DNA of 60,731 nt, filler included, from Basidiobolus meristosporus CBS 931.73 (taxonomy: Eukaryota > Fungi > Basidiobolomycota): assembly GCA_002104905.1 (NCBI GenBank). It is 5 parts of 5 records of this genome, joined end to end, with 100 filler letters (N's around TTAATTAATTAA, not from the genome) between each part and the next. Parts side by side here need not be neighbours in the genome. Positions count along the whole stretch, not along the records: positions 50,912 to 60,731 come from MCFE01001315.1; 4 more parts are not named here. One strand, given 5' to 3'. The position numbers and the translations under genes were made by a program. Below are positions 52,459-60,731 of this stretch, piece by piece. The stretch's first letter is position 1. Each line of letters opens with the position of its first letter. The notes under the pieces were generated by a model, which was not told the origin of the DNA, ran no database searches, and was given only the letters and a program-made list of their open reading frames with translations.

Positions 52459-52564
52459 TTTGTTTTTGGGTATTGTTTGATTTGCGGTAGGCGGGTGTGT
52501 TTACCAAGGGGGCTGGTTCTCTGGCAGAATTGACTGGGTACTGTTTTTTTCTTTTTTTTTGAGT

Positions 52565-52880
52565 GAAACGGAGGGTTTCTCTGGGAGGTTGGGAGGGTCT
52601 CGGGCAGGTACGGAGGGTATCTCTGGACAGTTGGAAGAATATCTGGGAGATCGGAAGAGTTTCTCTGGGAGGTCAGGGAATGTTTCTGGGAGGTTCGGAG
52701 GGTTTCTTTGGGGGATTGGAAGGATTTCTGGGAGATCGGAAGAGTTTCTGGGAGATCGGAAGAGTTTCTGGGAGATCGGAAGAGTTTCTGAGAGATTGGA
52801 AAAGTTTCTGGGAGATCGGAAGAGTTTCTGAGAGATTGGAAAAGTTTCTGGGAGGTACGGAGGTTTTTGTTTTTTGGAGA
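52565..52880. repeat. 20-bp tandem repeat array in the gypsy C leader (GATCGGAAGAGTTTCTGGGA)
   Basis: Several exact and near-exact units at ~52734-52853, with degenerate units on both sides. Confidence 0.9.
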
Positions 52881-54379
52881 TCGGAGGTTCGCTGCTACCA
52901 ATGTTATGAATCGAGGGCAAGCGGAGGAGGACCGGAGGATGTCCAATACGAATCAGAGAGGTTATCTGAATAGTTGATGAACCGGTAAAAGGTTGATGCT
53001 TTATTGATAGTGTTCAAAGGAGTTTATATAGAGATAGCCTCGGAGGGAGAGCTTCCGATAACGTAGGGCAAGCTTCCAAAAGGAGGGTTCAAGATGTATT
53101 AAATAACGTGTGTATCACTGAGTGCGATTGATCGTCTGTGTGGAATTCCAGGTGTTCGATCAGTAGTGTTCAAGTGATCGGTAGTGACTAGTTAGGATTT
53201 AAATCATAACACACTGCTGTTGGGTAAAGTATACCAGCAGGATGAGTGGTAGGCACTCCGTAGAGGACAATCAGCTCTACTGATAAAAGACCTATCATGC
53301 TGATCTGCACCCAAATAGAGTTACTCTGACAAAAACCCTATCTATCACTAAACCCTAATCTAGCATACAGTATATAAAGCACACCATGAATAACTATTGC
53401 AGACAGACTCGTACGCGAATAAAACATCTTCCCCTCATATCCTGGATCCACTCTTACTCTCACCAGAATCCCAAGAGATTTACCGTTTAGCCGGGATTTC
53501 CCTCTACGAGGGTGACAATACTCCTAAACGAAAGGTGATCAATTCAATTTTAGCTAGTAACTACTAATCTCACCAACTCCCTATTTCAGCTATAATATCA
53601 TGAATCCAACCATGTGCAGTAATAACAGATTGACATAGTAGTTGTAACACTTGAACGATTTGCTGATCAGTAACGCATTCTTATCAATTGTAAGCTAGAT
53701 CATTCTTTTGCTGATCTAACATATCATATTGAAGGAATTACTGACAAGCCTTAGCTTCATTATGCCAGCTTTGATAGGCAGGTAGAAAGTTGTGAATAGT
53801 CATGACTGGCAAATACGCTAAGAAGTCCCGAGAAGATAGGCTGTGTCCAACGGACTGGGACCCATGATGAAGCATTACTACATTTATAATCATGCATCCT
53901 ATATAGCACAAGCAAGGCTACATCAATCAATATATCATTACGACACTTGAATGTCTACTTTTCAAAGGGTATATTCATGCATTCTATGAGAGAGTGGTGA
54001 ATGCAAGCCCGCCTCGAAATCATAACTGAGCAACGCACCAGTACAAGAGCATCAAATTTCAGCTACAACAATTATGACCATCTCCAAGTTTAGCGGATCA
54101 TCCTTCTACAGAGTTTGAAACAAAAGGAAGGCTCCAGCGCAAGAATTTAAGGAGACTATTGATGCACGTAACTGAATCACCAATACTTACCACCTCATCC
54201 TAGTCACAGCCCGTGATAGAGCAAACAGAATTCAAAATAGCCATCTCGTCCGACTGGTAGAGGCATACCGCACCTACGACTATAAACGTGCTAAGATCGA
54301 TCCATCGGATATGTGCCACCAAAACAACGCTTAATCCTCACAAATTTAAAAAAGGGTTAAATAAAAAGCACATTCAGTC

Positions 54380-54750
54380 GTGAACCATCCCTAAAACCAA
54401 CCATGTATGTCTTGGCCACTCCGGATACTGTATACTACCTTGAAGGTCTATACTGCTTAATGCCCTTATTTGTATACGCACCAACCGCCCTCTCAGGTGT
54501 TTTGGAGATGAAAGGGCTTAAGCGTGCAACACTTGCCCAGATCATTGATCACCTGGAAAACACTTACTGTGGCCACATATCATTCGAGTTCATGCACATA
54601 GCAGTATGATACACTGCGCTTTGTTGTGAGCCTCGCTAATTTTAGATAGTAGAGACCCCGTCGTTCACGTCAACGGAGATTACCCCAAACTAGCGGCAGT
54701 TGCTGGACGAATTGCATGCTTTGAATTTCTAGCAAGTAGAGCTTGGTAAA
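54380..54750 (+). pseudogene. 2-oxoglutarate/2-oxoadipate dehydrogenase E1 (OGDH/DHTKD1-like) fragments
   Basis: After the intron 54405-54496 (GTATGT..CTCAG) comes ATLAQIIDHLENTYCGHISFEFMHI, then PVVHVNGDYP, a motif normally hundreds of residues downstream, then a stop. Confidence 0.7.
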
Positions 54751-54934
54751 TGGTTTGATTTTCAGAACAACAATCAAAATCACTCCCTAATCACACTCGG
54801 TAAGATATGCTGTATACATTTATATACATTATATTGGGTTTAGTCTTTATTACACAATGTCAATAAATGGTACTTCCTAGGACCCTGGATAGAGTAGCAT
54901 CCGTTCCTGGTTTACGAGCAGTCCAAAAATGTTG

Positions 54935-55007
54935 CGAGGCGCATGGGACTCGAACCCACAATCCCCAGATCCGAAGTCTGATGCCTTATCCATTAGGCCA
55001 ACGCCCC
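54935..55007 (-). tRNA. tRNA-Arg (anticodon UCG)
   Basis: 73-nt cloverleaf GGGGCGT..GCCT-AATGGATA-AGGC..TCAGA-CTTCGGA-TCTGG..GTGGG-TTCGAGT-CCCAT..GCGCCTC-G; downstream T5 Pol III terminator. Confidence 0.95.
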
Positions 55008-55915
55008 ACTCCCTAACCCCTTGATTTTTTAAAAATCCCAGATCTACGCATCAGATATCAACAATGAATTTCAAAATGAATCTGCAGTCTGATATTGTAC
55101 TCTGTGAAATTAAATTTCATTTCAGTACTATTTTCTAATGAAGTCAACCCCTCAACTTTTATATTACAAACACTTGATAACATACAACTTTTTTTGTTGG
55201 GAAACTCCCACTCATCATAAATTGACCAGAGATACATTTCAATCCCAACGGTGATATACCATGATTGCCAAAATCATAGCAATGCCCTATGAACACTTTT
55301 TATGAATGTGGGTTACTTCAATCTCTTTATTTGTAGATTGTGGACTTGGATAAATCACATAAACATCATTTTTGTAAATTGATTTCTTAAAGGCAGCAAA
55401 TATAACATAACGGTCATTAAACTTTGGTATGCCTATATAGCAAATTTAGACTAATAAACACATAAAAACCTCTGCGTACATTCACTTGTTTAATGGACTG
55501 CACTGCAGCGTAAGAAGACTACATAATCCTTATCCTCATTCCCTTATTATAACTGGCTTCCAATATGGAAGCGATACAGTCATATAACCTATATTAAAAT
55601 CCACATTCGTTTTTTGCCAAGCAATGTATTGATTAGCAATGAATACAGCTTGCTTGGCAGATATGATCTTATTTGTGGGAGCGCTAATCTTAATCACACT
55701 CCTCATATAACTCCTACTTAGTTGTATGTCACTTGTATACGCATGATGATGAGCAGCATAATTTCTACTGATCATTCTCGTTCATAGAACAGTCTATGAT
55801 GGATGCTTGCTGTTGTGCTTTGTGCCTGTAAGGAGGATTACAATTAGGTAATAAAAGTTTCTGACAACTACAGACGCATCTTAAGTGTTAAGCTGATTAC
55901 TGAGGTTTATAGAGA

Positions 55916-57730
55916 TTACAGAAAATCAAACAAGTATTTTTCGATTTCGAAACGAACGGTTCTTGAGACCTTGCGTATGTACTCGTAGCTAACATTGGTC
56001 TTGCACTTCATGGTATCCAGCGCATCCATACTTGTTGTACGGGTGAGCAGACGTAAAGTGATCAGCGATGCGATCTAATGAGAAGGTTAAGTGAGATGTA
56101 GATGGGAGCTGAATACGAGGAGACCTACTTGGGAGTGAATATCTACAGTACTGTCCAAGGGCCTATCTAATATGCTGAAGAATATGGCTAGCATGCGCTC
56201 CACTGGGAAAGCCTTGGGCCCCATGAGTTGTTGTCGCGTCTGGTGAAGATAGTTAGAATCCGATGTTGATAGTGATGGTGTAATGATACACGTCCACCTT
56301 TTTGCCGGTCTTGTCAACGCCTTGCTTGCGCCCTCGCTTTTTTCCGTTTGGATCGTTGCCGCGAGTGAAGTACCTTTGGTCAAGTCGCGGTGGATTGTAG
56401 GATGCCAAGTAGGATGCTATTAGAAGGAATCTAGAGAAATACGGAAGCTCACAGTCGCCGAGATCTGAGTGGAGCAGAGTTAGTCTTGGGTGGAGAAGGG
56501 AACAAAAGATTCGCGCCGTACTCTTGGATGTCAGCTCCGCAATATCCAGATCATTCTTTTTCTCCCACTCAGCGCTGGAGATCTCTCTAAGATATAGTTT
56601 GTCCGCAGCAGCCGTAAGGTATGGCTGAACTAAACGAAATAGCTTGGTAGTCTCTGATCTCTGGGCTAATAGGAAACATAGATGATTAACCAGCGGATTA
56701 AACAATCCCAACCTCCATGCGAACGAACCTTGATTGTCTAATACTGGTTGTATATATTTCGGGAATATCATGGCCACCAAATGGCGCATCTCATTCAAAT
56801 CCTTGCAATTTCTATGGAACACGTCGTAAAGTACATCCACAAATCCCAGGAAGAACGTAGGCTCCTCGTCCTCGGGGCAATCCATCGCTATGATATTCAA
56901 TATATCTTGTGGGGCTGAGTTAAAGAATTACTGGGCACGCCGGCCGCATGCGACATTCACGTTTAAAAGGATATCTTTTGTATACTCCGGGAAACGGATG
57001 ACCAATGGTTCGAAGCAACCGCTCTTCCCGCGAAACTTTTCCCACACCACAGAGCTTAGCATGATGACGCAGATGTTTTGTCTTGTCTGTTTGAATGGAT
57101 GAGCTAGAGTGTTTCTATTCTGATGCTCCAGTTACTTACCAATTCTGACAACCGTAGCAAGGCGGGGAGTACCGTTCCAGGCATGTCTCTTAACCGCTCA
57201 GCTTTATCCAGGATCTGGATAGTATTAAGAGCTTATTACACATCGTATCTTCAAGTTCACTCCTAGTATAGTGGCTTACCAAGTAACGTGTCTCCAGGGG
57301 ACTCTCATTCTGACACACCTGGCGCAAATGAAGGAGGAATTCGTTGATTGAATCACAGCGGGAGTAGCTTTTGAATTTGTTTTCGAAACTGGGAATGGTG
57401 CCAGAAAGCTGGTTCAAGGCATGTTCAAATAGCAACCTTGGAGTATAGCATTCAACGCAATTCAAAAAGGCGTAGTGTGTTCTAGGGAGCATCTCCCGGA
57501 AAAGACTCTTTAATATCGAAGTCTTACCGGAGGCTTGATGTCCATAAACGAATATAGAAGGAACTGTGACATCCTCCGGCTGGCATATTTAGCACTGTTA
57601 GTAATGGCGAGAGAGGGTTTTCTATTGAGCTGGTTACCTTCCCCAGCAATACCAGCAGCTGTTTGATCTGCTTTGAACGGCCCGGAAAGGTCTTACTTAA
57701 ACGGGCCTCTATATCTTCGTGGTTAGACAT
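55916..57730 (-). CDS. ORC5: Origin recognition complex subunit 5 (9 exons by manual splicing)
   Basis: Walker A IFVYGHQASGKTS; LNCVECYTPRLLFEHALNQL; ASYLASYNPPRLDQRYF; GPKAFPVERMLAIF; C-terminus ..RFEIEKYLFDFL*. Seven GT-AG introns and one AT-AC intron give a continuous frame. Confidence 0.92.
56909..56974 (-). other. U12-type (minor spliceosome) AT-AC intron, 66 nt
   Basis: 5'SS ATATCCTTTT, branch TTCTTTAAC at 56927-56919, 3'SS CAC. Splicing gives the in-frame PEYTK-EDILNIIAMDCPE; the unspliced frame hits a stop. Confidence 0.9.
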
Positions 57731-58536
57731 TATATTGAAGAAATCCTATAGCATGCAGGTCGAATACATGTCTGTGAATGAGTGATGAAGGTAACCCAAA
57801 CAATTGAACAACCCAAAACAAACAATCATGAAGAATAGGTGAATACCATCGTGAATACCACGGCATAAATTTAGTCACTCTTGATGTTCTGGTGCTGGAA
57901 TTATCTAATATGGAATGAACTGGCATCAATGCCTTCTCTTCTCCGACAGGGGGAGAGCTCAAGGCCAGGGATCCTACAGCGAATGAAATGTTGAGAAATC
58001 AAGAGAAAAAAAGATTAGTCGGGCTATCCAATCAACACTGAATACCTAGACAGGGGGCAGCGAACAAATTTGCTGGGATGGCTTGATATAAAATTAACCC
58101 CCCAAGCCAGTTGCTCCTTCAGAACACTAGCAAAGAATCGCGATTCGAAGCATCACCTACTGAAAGGAAGTTTACTTGCCTTTGGATTTGCTTTGGGGAA
58201 AGTCCTCGGACCTGTGGTAGAAAGTACCGTCTATAATTGATCATCCGTTTGCTTGGTTTGGTTGGCATAGATGGAGAACATCCGGAGCCTTAAGCCAGAT
58301 TGCTTACGGCCGTTCGTCATAGCACAGTAATGCGATTGTGGTTCAAGAACCATAACACAACGGGGCTCACTCTTGCAGTGTTCTCACCTTTTTCGTTTCA
58401 TTCCCCTCATTGGCATGCCGTCCAGTGGACTTTATACTCCATCTGGTAGGGGTGTGATTGAGGAGAAGGAACCTAGAAGGTCAGTTTCTATGGCGTATCT
58501 ACAAGGTAAGCAGAGTATCTAGTTATTGGAAGTTAC

Positions 58537-58612
58537 TGGAGTGATGCTTTTTGAATTTCTTCACCTGAAAATAAGATGTGGTTTCATTAACCGAGCTTTT
58601 TAACCCTGACCA
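58537..58612 (+). ncRNA. Box C/D snoRNA, U36/snR47-like, copy 1
   Basis: C box GTGATGC; guide TTGAATTTCTTCAC + D' CTGA (LSU GUGAAGAAAUUCAA); guide CGAGCTTTTTAAC + D CTGA (SSU GUUAAAAAGCUCG); flanking stem GGAAGTTA/TAACTTCC; inside intron 58506-58675. Confidence 0.88.
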
Positions 58613-58752
58613 TTAACTTCCTCTATTGAATACCCGTATTCTTGGAACTCTACTAACTAATCTATTGTTCAATAGATGTTTCCGATCATGTGAAGTGTCC
58701 ATCATCGTATGAACATTAACGTAAGTTGCGTTCCATTACCCATCACTTTTCC

Positions 58753-58830
58753 TGGGAAAGATGTTTTTTGAATTTCTTCACCTGAATACAAAATGTGGTT
58801 TCATTAACCGAGCTTTTTAACCCTGACCCA
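58753..58830 (+). ncRNA. Box C/D snoRNA, U36/snR47-like, copy 2
   Basis: Both guides and the D'/D boxes are identical to copy 1; variant C box AAGATGT; TGGG/CCCA terminal stem; inside intron 58721-58891. Confidence 0.78.
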
Positions 58831-58925
58831 TCACTTTGTTTCCTACTTCAACCCAACTCTACATTTGGCACGATTCTAATCAACTTCACAGTTATGTAGA
58901 ATGCTATGGTGATTGCGGGATATAT

Positions 58926-59006
58926 TTGAATGATGAACCAATTAATCAAAAGGCTTAACCATTGAGGTGATTTATCACCGAAAGATACTTGATTTGTTCT
59001 GACATT
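58926..59006 (+). ncRNA. Probable third box C/D snoRNA, target unassigned
   Basis: Perfect C box ATGATGA at 58930-58936 and D box CTGA at 58999-59002 with typical spacing, next in line in the same host. Confidence 0.55.
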
Positions 59007-59306
59007 ACAACTTCTTGCAAAGAGTGGTCTCTTACAATTGGGTTCGATTCCCATATTTGCTTACATATATACTAATACATATGGAGGAGAGGTGGCAATT
59101 ATGTTGTTCGTCAGCGGGGTTGCATACATGTCCTGTAGAACATTGTTCGTAATTGCCATCTGAAAAAAAGAGATTTGTGAATACATATCTTATAAAGCGT
59201 TTATTTATATACATCAAAAGCCAACTGTATGTTTTTGCCTATCGCTCCTATGTTGAAGGGAGGAGTGGAAGGTATGGGGTTGGTTATGGGAATTGATGAA
59301 ATACAA

Positions 59307-60620
59307 TTATTTCTTGGCGAATGTGATGTGAACTTTGTGTCCGGGCTGGATTTCGTATTCCTTGAGAGCCTCTTTGGCTACAGCCGCTTGATGCTCATTA
59401 TCGTATTCGACGAATGCTATATCCAATTTCCCGGGAACAAGACGAACCTCCTTGAATCCCATGTACCTGTGTTGGAAATGGTGACGGCTTCATTAGTTTA
59501 CTCATGGGTCGATACTTCGATATATCTCACTTACGTTTGGAAAATCCCAGTTAGCATTGCTTCGGTAATACCAGCTGGAATATTTTGAATGAACAAAATC
59601 TTGTTAAGGTGGAACATCGGATCTCCCGAGTACATTCCTACACCAAAGCGCCATCAGTAAAAACACTTGAAATCCTGCTCTGCTGTGTCTGATAGTACCT
59701 TTAGGAAGACCCATTGGATTTGGGTTGTGGTTTCGCCGAGATAGGTCCACGCTTTTCTAAAAGGCGTGGTTAACTATTGTTTAATACTGGCAACCTATAC
59801 CAAAACAAATTACCTTTTTCCTCTAAACGTCTTTTCTTGTGTTCTTCGAACTGGTCCTCTCCTTCTCTCTTGACAATGGCGTCCGATTTTCCTTTAGAAT
59901 ATTGAAGTAACTAAAAAAAAGCTTAGTCCGAGGGCACATCGAAAACCCGAGCACGTACACCCCTACCAATTGTCTGTTACGGTGAACAAAATGCTGCGCT
60001 TCCTCCAAGGCTTTGGTAGCACTTTCCTCCTCATCGTACACGATGAAGGCCTGCCCGCGCATACGAAGGTTGGCGTGTGCTACGATTTCTACGATCTTCC
60101 CGTATTTTTGAAATATACTTGATAGTTCTTTTTTCAGCTCTAGTGGGTAGAAAGATTTTTAAGTGGTGTGCAGCGTATGGGGGAATATTCCGGATTAACG
60201 GGAGTCTAGGTGAAGCATACTGCTCTCTGGTTGATACTTACTGGGAATCTTGACTTTTTCGTCGATATTACGAATATATAAGGTGTTGCTGGGTGTTTCT
60301 GGCGCTGGGTCTTTGGGAGTGGGTGCCGTGATCACCGGAATAACAGGTGGTACAATAGGGGCCATTCCTGGCATAGGGAACGCACCTGGAACAGGTATAA
60401 AGGGTGGCTGTCCGGGAAGAGGCACGGGTGGGAACGGTGGTTGCCCGGGTAAAGGAGCACCAGCTGGTAACCCAACAGGCATCGCGGGAGGTGGTGAAGT
60501 CAGTCCCGGTTGAGGAGCAGAAAGAGGATTCTGACCTCCAGGGGTCGATGCGGGAGAGATGGTTGTTGGGTTAGCCGCGGGGTTGGTACCGGTTATCTCA
60601 GGAGTCGAAAGTTGGCTCAT
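59307..60620 (-). CDS. U1A/U2B''-family snRNP protein (two RRMs, proline-rich N-terminus)
   Basis: RRM1 SNTLYIRNIDEKVK..LKKELSSIFQKYGKIVEI..LRMRGQAFIVY..LQYSKGKSD; RRM2 NKILFIQNIP..GFKEVRLVPGKLDIAFVEY..ITFAKK*. The frame is continuous only if 59699-59756 is skipped. U1A and U2B'' cannot be told apart by eye. Confidence 0.85.
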
Positions 60621-60731
60621 CCTGTGCAATGGTCGGAATGTGGTGTTTTGAACTTCGTAATTTTACTTCACTATTAGCAAATCTAAAATCTCTTTGGGAT
60701 TTCTAGCAAGGTACTGTCACGATCGTTGATT

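Larger units (their letters stand above)
50912..53211 (-). mobile_element. Ty3/gypsy family C, 5' portion (LTR 52902-53211, PBS, repeat-rich leader, gag-PR)
   Basis: LTR with perfect 8-bp inverted ends TGTTATGA/TCATAACA; PBS TGGTAGCAGC on the minus strand at 52891-52900. Confidence 0.92.

Noticed and set aside
52565-52880. Possible CRISPR-like array
   Set aside because: Units are head-to-tail with no unique spacers, in a eukaryotic retroelement.
52455-52973. Overlapping repetitive ORFs of 90-163 aa on both strands
   Set aside because: By-products of the stop-poor 20-bp tandem array in the gypsy leader.
53212-54380. Unique-looking spacer between gypsy C and the E1 relic
   Set aside because: No ORF, RNA fold or repeat that I could support.
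58115-58175. Minus-strand GTGATGC...CTGA pair
   Set aside because: Only about 27 nt between the boxes and no recognisable guide; too short for a C/D snoRNA.
57780-58490. Intron-like segment 57791-57949, a GTGATGA motif, short hairpins and a 30-codon frame
   Set aside because: May be the 5' part of the snoRNA host, but I could not assemble a convincing box pair, H/ACA fold or protein.
59229-59588. Plus-strand 119-aa ORF
   Set aside because: Antisense to the RRM2 exons.
59800-60300. Possibility that the RRM gene is RNPC3 (U11/U12-65K), given the nearby U12 intron
   Set aside because: The motifs NIDEKVK..LKKEL, MRGQAF, QYSK.KSD and RLVPG..IAFVEY match U1A/U2B'', not RNPC3.

Overview
Eukaryotic, intron-rich sequence, probably an early-diverging fungus (inference from short introns, a U12-type intron and CpG-decayed repeats). 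The window is five contigs joined by artificial 100-nt spacers (44 N + TTAATTAATTAA + 44 N), so adjacency across spacers is unproven. Positions 1-53211 are nested, mostly degenerate transposons: a copia family (348-bp LTR, half-tRNAiMet PBS), three Ty3/gypsy families (one a chromovirus), solo LTRs with clean TSDs, many CACTA-like (CMC) relics, and a two-gene PHIS (PIF/Harbinger-ISL2EU) DNA transposon with a foldback MITE. The last 7.5 kb is host DNA: a 2-oxoacid dehydrogenase E1 relic, tRNA-Arg(UCG), ORC5, an intronic box C/D snoRNA cluster and a U1A/U2B''-family gene. Highlights: an AT-AC minor-spliceosome intron in ORC5; tandem dual-guide U36/snR47-like snoRNAs in a non-coding host; a candidate poison exon in the U1A/U2B'' gene; a PHIS element whose accessory ORF escaped CpG decay; and a three-LTR gypsy composite containing a TRIM-like mini unit. 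Boundaries of degenerate relics are approximate; everything was read by eye, with no database searches.
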